Part shown: one piece after another, positions 28,513 through 39,791 of the stretch
Numbering within the stretch: position 1 is the first letter of the stretch
Layout: every line of letters starts with the position of its first letter
Source of the DNA: Eledone cirrhosa
Taxonomy: Eukaryota
Assembly (NCBI GenBank): GCA_964016885.1
Contig: OZ024747.1
Coordinates: 64,604,001-64,668,000 of the forward strand
DNA length: 64,000 nt
Direction of reading: 5' to 3'
The notes under the pieces: generated by a model
Told to the model about the DNA's origin: nothing
Databases searched by the model: none
What the model saw: only the letters and a program-made list of their open reading frames with translations
Program-made: the position numbers and the translations under genes

Positions 28513-28720
28513 AGATTGGCTGTATCGGTAGAGCGTCGGACAACATGCTCTGTGACACAGAGTTACGTCTTTTTACATTCTCAATTGAAATCCTGTCGAG
28601 GTTAGCTTTGCCTTTCATCCTTATAATATAAAGCACCAGTAATGCACTGGGTCGATTTAGTCGAATTGCCCCTCCCCACACAAAATATTGTTGACCTTGT
28701 GCCTAAATCAGAAACCAATA
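28513..28720 (+). mobile_element. tRNA-derived SINE
   Basis: Similar to 10038-10255. Confidence 0.85.
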
Positions 28721-29805
28721 TTTATTAATTGAAAAATATTATTTTCTCCTCACTTATTTCTAGTTAGCGTTTTAAACCTCGTTGAATTAAATATGTTTAA
28801 ATCAATTTTACCATTGTGATTCGTATGAGAATTGCAACTAAAATGTATTCTCTAATCAATTCTTATTTTCTACGCCAACTCGTAGTAGGACGTTGCCTTA
28901 TTATTTCAGAGGACAGACTTGTGAATAGTTTACTCCAGAAAATTGCAAGGAAGCTTTGATTGGTAAGAAGGCTGAAAGTTCTGGACTGCACAATAAGAAT
29001 AATATCGATTCCTAAAAATAAAGACAAGACCAAAGACCTTGCGAAGAGTACAGATTTGATTAAAATTAACTCTAGTACTTTACTAGTACATATTTTATTG
29101 ACTCGAGAAGGAAGAATCCGAGTTGGATTCTGATGGGATTTTAACTTATACTGCCATAATTTGGAGACGGTAAGGAGTTCTTAAGGACACTGCTCACATG
29201 AACCTCTCAGGAATAAGTGGATGGCAGCGCAGGAGAGTTATAAGCCGTAACTAAATAATAGAATTTAATAGTTCTATGAATCATACACAAATGAGGCTTT
29301 TGGGGTTTTTTCTATAACCTCACCTTATAATTATGTGGGTTAATTTTTAATGGTTACTTACAGTTAATACGTTAACACTAACTAACCTATTGGTAATCAA
29401 TAGATCGATAAAATGGACAATAATTCTGAAATAGGCTTCTATTATAAGCACAAACTGATTGATCTTCTATACGTTGCTATTGATTGCTGGGAAAGAATTA
29501 TTTCAATAATTGTGCGCCATTACAGTTTCGGCAATTATAGATACGTTTAGCCGGATCACAAGGAAAGTACAGACGCTTTAGAAAAGATCAAATTCGTCTA
29601 GATGTCTGCTTATCACCACAATTTGATACTCTCATACACGCACACACACATACATATGTGTGTGAAAGAGAGTGTGTTTATGTCTACACACACATATTAA
29701 TCCCCTCCCTCTCTCTCTCTCTATATATATATATATAAATATATATATGTATATATAATATATATATAATAAATACAATATCGGAGAAGGCTTTTTAGCG
29801 ATACT

Positions 29806-29807
<2 letters not shown>

Positions 29808-29883
<76 letters not shown>

Positions 29884-29908
29884 AATATATAAATATATAT
29901 ATATATAA

Positions 29909-29939
<31 letters not shown>

Positions 29940-29992
29940 AATATATATATATATAAATATATATATAAATATATATATAAATATATATATAA

Positions 29993-30025
<33 letters not shown>

Positions 30026-30052
30026 AATAAATATATATATAAATATATACAT
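29808..30052. repeat. (TA)n/(TAAATA)n target tract
   Basis: Directly visible. Confidence 0.95.
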
Positions 30053-30213
30053 ATATTGTTATACTTTGGGAGGGTCATGTTGCCAATAAGAAACACACGC
30101 ACCAGTTGCTTTCACTTCAATTTAATTTAATATATATTTATAAATTTACAAATTTATAAATTTCTGGTTGGTTGGTTGGTTCCACAACCAGATAGTTGTT
30201 TATATATATATAT

Positions 30214-30258
30214 AGTCATAGTTCTTTCGTCACACACTCTGTGACCTCTTCAGTGACT
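30214..30258 (-). ncRNA. Minimal type I hammerhead ribozyme (family A)
   Basis: Same motif as 3123-3167. Confidence 0.78.
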
Positions 30259-30547
30259 GGGGATTTCTTTCTTCGTTTCTGTGCCTTTCCTTTCTTCTAT
30301 CCTACGCCATTTTGTTTGTGTGTGGGTTGCGTGCTCAGTTTGCGCATGCGCCACATCCGGGTGTCTGTGTGTGTTTGTGTTCATTTTTCTATTTTTCTAT
30401 TTATATTTGTTTGTTTATTTATTGTTGGTTGGTTGTTTGTTCTATGTGTGTGTGTGTTTTCATTTTGTCTTGTGTGTGTTTTCATTTTGTGTGTGTTTTC
30501 AATTGTAAGTTGTTTGTTCTATGTGTGTGTGTGTTTTCATTTTGTCC

Positions 30548-31126
30548 TTAATTGTAAGTTGTGATGTTGCTGTTCCACTCATATTTTCTATTTAATTTTG
30601 GTTTTAATTCTTTTATGCTTACTGCCTCTGTAATTTGCCTAAACATTGCGTCTTTCTTGTGTGTGGATTCTATTTTTATTTCTATGCTCTCTAATTTACC
30701 CCTGTGTTCTATCTTAGCATGTTGGTAGAGCACAGATGATTCTTTACTATCTTGGAGGTCTCGCCAGTGTTCATTTATTCGTTCCCCTATACTACGAGCT
30801 GTCTCACCTATGTACACTATATTTTTGTTTCTACATTGTCCTTCAGTACATCTTATGCTATATACTACATTTCTAGTTTTACAGTTAATATGGGGGCTTA
30901 TTTTACAGGTTATACATTTCTTATCTATACATGAGGGTCTTTGGAACGGGTATGTCTTGCTAATAAGTGTTTTTACGGAGGTACCAGGTCTTTCTACTAT
31001 CTTAATATTGAGATTATGTTTCTTTAGGGCCCTTCTAAATTTGTAGGCTAGTTCGCCTCTAGGGGTTGTATTGATGAACATTACACTCTGGTATTTATTG
31101 CTATCATACCATGAGTTTATTCTATT
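30548..31126 (-). CDS. PLE C-terminal Cys-rich linker plus GIY-YIG endonuclease, inverted copy (5'-truncated)
   Basis: Peptide identical to + copy. Confidence 0.88.
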   Translation of the reverse strand, partial: NRINSWYDSNKYQSVMFINTTPRGELAYKFRRALKKHNLNIKIVERPGTSVKTLISKTYPFQRPSCIDKKCITCKISPHINCKTRNVVYSIRCTEGQCRNKNIVYIGETARSIGERINEHWRDLQDSKESSVLYQHAKIEHRGKLESIEIKIESTHKKDAMFRQITEAVSIKELKPKLNRKYEWNSNITTYN

Positions 31127-31149
31127 GCTATCATACCATGAGTTTATTC

Positions 31150-31728
31150 AATAGAATAAACTCATGGTATGATAGCAATAAATACCAGAGTGTAATGTTC
31201 ATCAATACAACCCCTAGAGGCGAACTAGCCTACAAATTTAGAAGGGCCCTAAAGAAACATAATCTCAATATTAAGATAGTAGAAAGACCTGGTACCTCCG
31301 TAAAAACACTTATTAGCAAGACATACCCGTTCCAAAGACCCTCATGTATAGATAAGAAATGTATAACCTGTAAAATAAGCCCCCATATTAACTGTAAAAC
31401 TAGAAATGTAGTATATAGCATAAGATGTACTGAAGGACAATGTAGAAACAAAAATATAGTGTACATAGGTGAGACAGCTCGTAGTATAGGGGAACGAATA
31501 AATGAACACTGGCGAGACCTCCAAGATAGTAAAGAATCATCTGTGCTCTACCAACATGCTAAGATAGAACACAGGGGTAAATTAGAGAGCATAGAAATAA
31601 AAATAGAATCCACACACAAGAAAGACGCAATGTTTAGGCAAATTACAGAGGCAGTAAGCATAAAAGAATTAAAACCAAAATTAAATAGAAAATATGAGTG
31701 GAACAGCAACATCACAACTTACAATTAA
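31150..31728 (+). CDS. PLE C-terminal Cys-rich linker plus GIY-YIG endonuclease (5'-truncated; Neptune/Nematis-type)
   Basis: C.DKKC.TC...NCKTRNVVYSIRCTEGQC...VYIGETAR..ER..EH...LYQH...RQITEAV.I...P.LN; VVY/YIG, CCHH motif. Confidence 0.9.
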   Translation, partial: NRINSWYDSNKYQSVMFINTTPRGELAYKFRRALKKHNLNIKIVERPGTSVKTLISKTYPFQRPSCIDKKCITCKISPHINCKTRNVVYSIRCTEGQCRNKNIVYIGETARSIGERINEHWRDLQDSKESSVLYQHAKIEHRGKLESIEIKIESTHKKDAMFRQITEAVSIKELKPKLNRKYEWNSNITTYN

Positions 31729-31915
31729 GGACAACATGAAAACACACACACACATAGAACAAACAACTTACAATTGAAAACACACACAAAATGAAAACAC
31801 ACACAAGACAAAATGAAAACACACACACACATAGAACAAACAACCAACCAACAATAAATAAACAAACAAATATAAATAGAAAAATAGAAAAATGAACACA
31901 AACACACACAGACAC

Positions 31916-31971
31916 CCGGATGTGGCGCATGCGCAAACTGAGCACGCAGCCCACACACAAACAAAATGGCG
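31916..31971 (+). promoter_or_regulatory. Candidate pLTR promoter: ETS, NRF1 and YY1 motifs (mirror at 30305-30360)
   Basis: CCGGATGT 31916-31923, GCGCATGCGCA 31925-31935, AAAATGGCG 31963-31971. Confidence 0.6.
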
Positions 31972-32017
31972 TAGGATAGAAGAAAGGAAAGGCACAGAAA
32001 CGAAGAAAGAAATCCCC

Positions 32018-32062
32018 AGTCACTGAAGAGGTCACAGAGTGTGTGACGAAAGAACTATGACT
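32018..32062 (+). ncRNA. Minimal type I hammerhead ribozyme (family A)
   Basis: agtca-CTGAAGA-g gtcaca gagtg tgtgac-GAAA-gaaCTA|tgact. Confidence 0.78.
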
Positions 32063-32278
32063 ATATATATATATAAACAACTATCTGGTTGTGGAACCAA
32101 CCAACCAACCAGAAATTTATAAATTTGTAAATTTATAAATATATATTAAATTAAATTGAAGTGAAAGCAACTGGTGCGTGTGTTTCTTATTGGCAACATG
32201 ACCCTCCCAAAGTATAACAATATCGGTTTCAACACACGATTTCAGATAAAGAATCTTGCTAAACAAATTCAGAAACGA

Positions 32279-32340
<62 letters not shown>

Positions 32341-32377
32341 AATATATATATAAATATATATAAATATATATATAAAT

Positions 32378-32434
<57 letters not shown>

Positions 32435-32459
32435 AATATATATATAAATATATATATAA

Positions 32460-32490
<31 letters not shown>

Positions 32491-32887
32491 AATATATATA
32501 TAAATATATATATAAATATATAAATATATATATAAATATATATATAAATATATAAATATATATATAAATATATAAATATATATATAAATATATATATAAA
32601 TATATAAATATATATATAAATATATATATATAAAAACAAATAACGAAACGAAATTAAATTTCGTTTCGTTTGTAACTCACTTTTGTATGACTGACGCTTA
32701 AACAATATATATATATATATAAATATATATATAAATATATATATATATATAAATATATATATAAATATATATATAAATATATATATATATATAAATATAT
32801 ATATAAATATATATATATATATAAATATATATATAAATATATATATAAATATATATATATAAATATATATATAAATATATATATATT

Positions 32888-32919
<32 letters not shown>

Positions 32920-32927
32920 AATATATA

Positions 32928-32977
<50 letters not shown>

Positions 32978-33030
32978 AATATATATATAAATAATATATA
33001 TATATATATAAATATATATATAAATAATAT

Positions 33031-33099
<69 letters not shown>

Positions 33100-33152
33100 A
33101 ATATATATATATTTATATAAATATATATATAAATATATATATTTATATATAA

Positions 33153-33183
<31 letters not shown>

Positions 33184-33210
33184 AATATATATATAAATTT
33201 ATATATAAAT
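32279..33210. repeat. (TA)n/(TAAATA)n with a 70-bp insert at 32633-32706
   Basis: Directly visible. Confidence 0.95.
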
Positions 33211-34097
33211 ATCATCATCATCATCATCATCATCAACGTGTAACGTCCGTGTTCCACGCTTGCATGGGTTTGGACGGGGGTTTTCCCACTTGAGGCAAGA
33301 GTGGTTGTCTTGCTCGCATAGGACTGTCTGGCAGGTTTTATACAGTTGGATGCTCTTCCTAACACCAACCACATTTACAGTGTGGGTCTGGGAGGTTTTT
33401 ACCGTGTTGCCTACACGGCCACATTACAGCGTAGACTGTGTGGTTTTTTTTGTGACACCTACACGATCTCATTTGTTTGGGCCTGGATGGTGTGGCACCA
33501 ACATAACTTTACATAGAAGGCGGCGGTGTGGATGGGGTGGGGTGGTAGGGCGGGGGTGTATTTTGTTAGAGATGCCTACTGACTGTAGTAGGTTTTACTT
33601 TGTATTTAGGTAGGGCGCGTCTTCTCTATTACTGAGTACCGCCAAAGGTCTCGGTCCAGTGACATTGTCTTGGTGAGGTGTAAGTGTGTGAGGTCGGAGT
33701 TTATCAGCTCGTCCCAGGTTTTTCTGGGTCTGCCTATTCCGTGGCTACCATCTATCTTTATTGCCCTGCACTTTGTTACACAGCTATCGTCCTTCATGCG
33801 CATCACCTGACCATACCAACGTAGCCTTCTCTCTAGTAAACAACATCTGATCCCTCTTATTTCTAATTTTTTCCTTAGTTCGTTTATGCTTTGTCGTTCA
33901 CGTATATTATATTACACATCCAGCGGAGCATTCAAGCTTCGTTTCTCTCTAGTCTGCGTATATCCTCTGCACACAATGCCCAGGTCTCACTGCCATGCAA
34001 CATTGCTGTTCGTAGGCAGGCATCGTACAGCCTGCCTTTCATTTTTAGGGAGAACCCTTTAGCGGCTAATAAGCTCTCCGAACTTTTTCCACCCGGT
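33211..34097 (-). pseudogene. RTE-clade LINE 3' fragment with (GAT)n tail
   Basis: ...RMKDDSCVTKCRAIKIDGSHGIGRPRKTWDELINSDL...DRDLWR; (atc)n at 33211-33235 is the tail. Confidence 0.85.
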
Positions 34098-34135
34098 TCT
34101 GATATATATATATAAATATATATATAAATATATAA

Positions 34136-34191
<56 letters not shown>

Positions 34192-34314
34192 GAAGATAGA
34201 CATAGAATATTCGAAAATATTCTGTATGTTTATAATAAACATTTTGAAGACCTAATCGCTATAGAATAGAATACGTCACGTATTACAATTAGATTCTCGA
34301 TAAAAGCAAGGGAA

Positions 34315-34357
34315 GTAACCTACGCGTTTCATTCTTATTAGAAATCTTCAGGATTAC
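34315..34357 (-). ncRNA. Minimal type I hammerhead ribozyme
   Basis: Minus strand: gtaatc-CTGAAGA-t ttc taataa gaa t-GAAA-c gc GTA|ggttac; palindromic ACGCGT stem III; 16-bp distal helix 34293-34308/34366-34381. Confidence 0.85.
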
Positions 34358-34624
34358 ATATCCAGTGCTTTTATCGAGAATGACACAGCTAGAGACTTAT
34401 AGAATACTTAGCTGTGTACAGGAACTGGTTTGAAAGAGCGGTTGCCGGTCCGGCAGAAATTAGAAATTGGATTAAATGCTCTGAAATAGCGATATATATG
34501 TGAAGATAGACATAGAATATTCGAAAATATTCTGTATGTTTATAATAAACATTTTGAAGACCTAATCGCTATAGAATAGAATACGTCACGTATTACAATT
34601 AGATTCTCGATAAAAGCAAGGGAA

Positions 34625-34667
34625 GTAACCTACGCGTTTCATTCTTATTAGAAATCTTCAGGATTAC
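34625..34667 (-). ncRNA. Minimal type I hammerhead ribozyme (second copy)
   Basis: Identical to 34315-34357. Confidence 0.85.
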
Positions 34668-35351
34668 ATATCCAGTGCTTTTATCGAGAATGACACAGCT
34701 AGAGACTTATAGAATACTTAGCTGTGTACAGGAACTGGTTTGAAAGAGCGGTTGCCGGTCCGGCAGAAAGCTTATTCAGAGCATACTCCTTGCAACGGCC
34801 TAGGAAGAAGCGGAGTCGGCATACGTGGAATATGACACCGTGGGGGTGCTGAACACCTGGGAAATCGTAGGGTCAGCAATTTCTTAGAGAAATATAAAAT
34901 GTTGACTAGAAACCTAGAGAGGCAAAATCACGCTGTTCATGAACGTCGTCGGACGATGGACGTACGGACCCGTGTCTTCCAGAATGCCAACGTAATCTCC
35001 ATCACTATTCTCCGCTATTTTCTCCAAAATTCACACTTAGATATATGCTGCAATATAGATTCTTAGCTATGTCCGCTAATCTAAATTCTCAGCTATGTTC
35101 ACCATTATATAAACAAGGCAATCGTTTCCAATATATATTTATAGCTCTCTTTCTACCAATAAATATTCTAAGCTATGCCTTCCAATATATTTTCTTAGTT
35201 ATTCTGTACAAATATGAAAGTTCAAAATGAATGTTAACCATATTAACACTTAGCAGATATGGTTTTCATTGATTCTGGGAATGAAAATCTACGGATATTT
35301 TACATACACTTAACATTATATAATATAAAAAAAGAAAGAAAATATATATTC

Positions 35352-35769
35352 GTGTGTATGTGTATATATTTATGTATACATATACACACACACGCATATA
35401 TATAGATATACATACACATATAAATACATATATATACACATGTATATATACATATATAGACACACACACGCATATATATACATACACACACACGCATATA
35501 TATATATACATACACACACATATATACATATATATATATACACACATATATACATATATATATATATATACACACACATATATATATACATATATTTATA
35601 TATACATACACACGCATATATATAAATATATATACACACACATATACATATATATACACACACACACACACGCATATATATATACATACACACGCATATA
35701 TATAAATATATATATATATACAAATATATACACACATATATATACACACACATATACACACACACACAC

Positions 35770-35800
<31 letters not shown>

Positions 35801-35825
35801 TACACACACACATATATATATATAT
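35352..35825. repeat. (TA)n/(CA)n compound microsatellite
   Basis: Directly visible. Confidence 0.95.
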
Positions 35826-35828
35826 GAC

Positions 35829-35878
35829 CGAGTAGGACCCCGACGGCTTTGGTTCCTTACCACATTTCCTTCGTTATA
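35829..35878. mobile_element. Family B minimal remnant joining both element ends
   Basis: cgagtaggaccccgacggct fused to ggttccttaccacatttccttcgttata. Confidence 0.75.
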
Positions 35879-36248
35879 TATATATACACTTAAATATTTC
35901 CTCTCTAATTTTCCATTCCCCCTATCCATCTTCATTCATTCTACCAATCTTTTGTATATTTAATTATCTTGCTCTTTTGAAGTTTTACAAGCCACTTCTT
36001 TATATATAAAGACTTTACCAGAAAGGTTTTATCATCTTATCGATATTGTTCTCACACAAAATCAAATTTTCTTACAGTTCAGTTGAACCGATGATTGTAT
36101 TAATTTTATATCCAGTTTATCTATATGTGTATCTCATTGCTCGTTTCTATTTAATCTCTGTGTTCACACATACACGCACATATTTATACACACCTACATG
36201 CATATATTTGCACACCCACACACACCCATATATATATATATATATATA

Positions 36249-36296
<48 letters not shown>

Positions 36297-36440
36297 AATA
36301 TCAGGGCATTCTATGTGTGTGTGTACAAGCATATATACATAAATGTGTATATCTAACGTTTATATATATATACACCTATTTATCAACACAGCTTTTATGT
36401 TTCAGCATGTATAAATAAATATATGTACGCCTCTCTCTCG

Positions 36441-36475
<35 letters not shown>

Positions 36476-37876
36476 GTCCACTCTATTTCTTTCCCTTCTA
36501 TACCATATATGTGTGTGTGTGTGTGTGTGTGTGCGTGCGTGTGTGTTATAAGAAAGTATTGTTCACCTTTAACTCTAACTGTCTACAATATAATAGAACC
36601 TTATTGGTATCTTAATTTTCTCCCTACTCCATTGTTGTTCTGTTAGCAATGTCTTGGCAATCTTTTATATTTACGATCTTCACAAACATAAACGAAAGAT
36701 TATATATTTCTACTGTGAAAATGCCAGCATTGGATAAATGAGGCATCCAGACAATAACTAACTATAATGGAAAAGTTTTAATAAATGGACTGGTTTAATC
36801 CTGAAACGAATATTTTAGCTTTTGATTTCTTTAAGTGCCAACGTGACGAAAAACTAAACTAAAGTAGCATTAACCTGTTTAATGAATGGTGCATTAAAAG
36901 TCTATCTAGAAACACGTATGTTGCAAAGGAAAAAGAAATGATGTGAGATATTGATTAATATTAACTCAATTAAAGCCTCTAGTTCGGGACATATTTCTTG
37001 TTATCTTTTCAACATTGCATACAGTTTGTTATATATACGTTGCTATTTATAACAGAATTTATAGGAAAATATAAAGACGTAGAAAAGCAAAATTTCCAAA
37101 GCAAATATTATACAAAGATAAAAGAATATAGTGGAATTGGTGTTAAGTTGTTTAATTATATATACAAAATGTCATTCTTCACTTACATCAAGGAGGAAAC
37201 TTTGGTTTTTCGGTGGTAAGAGGGGATAATCCCCCCCCCCCCCACACACACACGGGGAAGAGTCCAAAGTAAGCCCATTTATGTACGGATAATGTGACTA
37301 AAACCAAAGACTGGGCAAAGATGGGCATAAACAGTTAGTTTTTTAAATATCCGTGAACGATACAGAGAAAGTAGTTAGAAAAATAATTGAAAATGTTTGT
37401 TGGTTAGCTGAGAGTCTAAGCAAGCTAGTCAGAAGCAAAATACACACATATATATGTTGCGTAGCGATACGCTGTTCAGCTTCGCCATTGCTGGACGAGG
37501 GGAACATAAAGACGAGAAACAGACGATAATGGAGTCGGGGTAGAGAAAGATGTGCCTGGCGGTTCGAAGGGAAAAACAATGTATCATCCAATTGCTGTAG
37601 GATCACGTAATGAATAATAAAATCTCGCGTGAATATGCGAAAATAAGGGGAGATAACCACCAATAGCAGACTACACTAGGAAAGTAGAAAATCGGTAGTG
37701 GTGGGGCATAGATATTACGACTATTTACATATATACATATATGGAAACATATATATTTATATATATATATACACACATATATATACATATACATATGTAA
37801 TACTATATGTGACGGTACCCGTTAGGGGTGAAAGCAGCGTAAACATTAATCTGTTATTATGATATATATATATACA

Positions 37877-38185
37877 TATATTGTTATATTTGGAGAGCGT
37901 CATATTGTTATAGTATTGGCAGAAATAATAATAGAACACACTCACTGTTTGGTTTGTCTTGATTTTAGCTTCTGTCTCTTTTATATCTCCATAGTTAATT
38001 TATCTGGCAATCAATGTTTAACATTGATTGACCAAGGGTTAAATACAGATAAAAAAAACATATACAGATAAAAAAAAACATATATATAATTTATCACAAT
38101 ACTTTCGTCACACATACATCTGTGACATCATCAGTGGTACTATTATCTTCCCTCCCCTTGTATTGTAATGCGTACGCCATTTTTA
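37877..38185 (-). mobile_element. Diverged family A relative with decayed hammerhead (about 38094-38140)
   Basis: atattgttata.ttgg.gag.gtcat start, tacgccatttt end; minus strand tacca-CTGATGA-t gtcaca gatgtatg tgtgac-GAAA-gtaTTG|tgata. Confidence 0.7.
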
Positions 38186-38423
38186 TTTAATGAGTATCGA
38201 ACACTCTTTTATTTTCTGAAGACTTTATTTCTGAAGAAATGACATCGAAGGACCCATCTGTTTGCCCAACTCACAGGTGGACGCACTGCGAGGGGCGGCT
38301 GTCTTCCTTGGTGAGCTATCGACCCTGTCCCGCCACGGTAACCCCAGTTCTCGACCCAGAACACCAACACCCTTTTTGTTGCATTTTTGTGTGGGTTTTC
38401 ATGATGTGTGTATGTATTTTTAA

Positions 38424-38467
<44 letters not shown>

Positions 38468-38469
<2 letters not shown>

Positions 38470-38688
38470 CGAAGGAAATGTGGTAAGGAACCAGGTGGAC
38501 CATAACGCACCAAAGTACTCAATATTTATGGTTATAGAGTGGGTAATAGGAACGAGTAGGACCCCGACGGCTGAACTCACGCCGTTTCGACGGCTAATTC
38601 TGGACTAAAAAAAAAAAAAAAAAAAAAAAATTAGTCAGAATTAGCCGTCGAAACGGCTTGAGCTCAGCCGTCGGGGTCCTACTCGTTC
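38468..38688. mobile_element. Family B short fold-back with A24 spacer
   Basis: About 38550-38606 inverted versus 38632-38688; A run 38607-38630; ~80-nt tail on left arm only. Confidence 0.88.
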
Positions 38689-38865
<177 letters not shown>

Positions 38866-39196
38866 TTTTCATGTGTGTGTATGTATATGTATGTACATGT
38901 ACAGTTTCTACGTGTAATAGAGTGTGTGTGCGTAGTTATTTTATGCACGTGTGTGTGTATGTATGCGATCGTATATACGGGGATACATTTATTTATTTAT
39001 ATCCTTTGTTTTTTATTTTTGTTTATAATGATTTTTCTTGTAATGCTCGGTATAAGTGCTTCTGTTGAATTCTAGGCCCGTGTTTGGTCATTCTATATGC
39101 TCGTTTGTGTCTGGTTCGTCCACAGATGGAATGTGGTTTTTGTTGTGTTTACACTGGTCTGTTGGTCAGGGGTGCCAACCCGAGTCAGGGGATGTG

Positions 39197-39272
39197 AACT
39201 CAGATCAGAAAGGGCCGTAACTCTGTGCTACAAAGCATGGCGTCTGACCCTCTACTGATACTGCCAATCCAG
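39197..39272 (-). mobile_element. tRNA-derived SINE head
   Basis: Reverse complement of A/B-box region. Confidence 0.8.
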
Positions 39273-39401
39273 TGGCCTAGAGTGATACAAAGAAAATGAA
39301 AACTGAATGTATGATTAGAGAGATACATATATAGAGAAGAGCTGATATGGTTAGAGAGATATATAGATTGAGAAGAGCATGTATTATTATTGAGATACAA
39401 A

Positions 39402-39791
39402 CGCGGTGCATTGGCAGTATCGGTAGAGGGTTGGACACCATGCTTTGCAGCATAGAGTTACGGCCCGTTATTATCTGAGTTCAAATCCTACCGAGGTTAA
39501 CTTTGACTTTCATCCTTATGGGGTCGATAAAATAAAGTACCGGTCACGAATTGGGGTCGATTTAATAGACTTTCCCCTCCCCCCAAATTGCTGGCGTTGT
39601 GCCTATATAAGAAACTATGTATCGGTAGAGGGTTGGACACCATGCTTTGAAGCATAGAGTTACGGCCCTTTATTATCTGAGTTCAAATCCTACCGAGGTT
39701 AACTTTGACTTTCATCCTTACGAGGTCGATAAAATATAATACCAGTAATGCACTGGATAATTGCTAGCCTTGTGCCAAAAGAAGAAACAAT
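39402..39791 (+). mobile_element. Head-to-tail SINE dimer (long-tail copy then short-tail copy from 39619)
   Basis: Two SINE bodies sharing diagnostic variants (gggttggacacc, aaatcctacc, tttgactttc). Confidence 0.88.

Larger units (their letters stand above)
30053..32278. mobile_element. Family A Penelope-like element, 2.2-kb near-perfect fold-back
   Basis: 30053-31127 is the reverse complement of 31149-32223 (two mismatches noticed); GIY-YIG ORF, pLTR and hammerhead in each arm; 55-nt tail 32224-32278 on right arm only; (TA)n flanks. Confidence 0.95.
34191..34769 (-). mobile_element. Tandem 269-bp duplication (period 310), each copy with a hammerhead; retrozyme-like or tandem pLTR ends
   Basis: 34191-34459 = 34501-34769 with no difference noticed; abuts (TA)n. 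Confidence 0.85.

Noticed and set aside
30053-32278. Palindromes as sequencing or assembly fold-back artefacts
   Set aside because: Arms carry mismatches, and family-specific asymmetric ends recur at independent loci; the 5790-8669 case next to the gap still needs read-level confirmation
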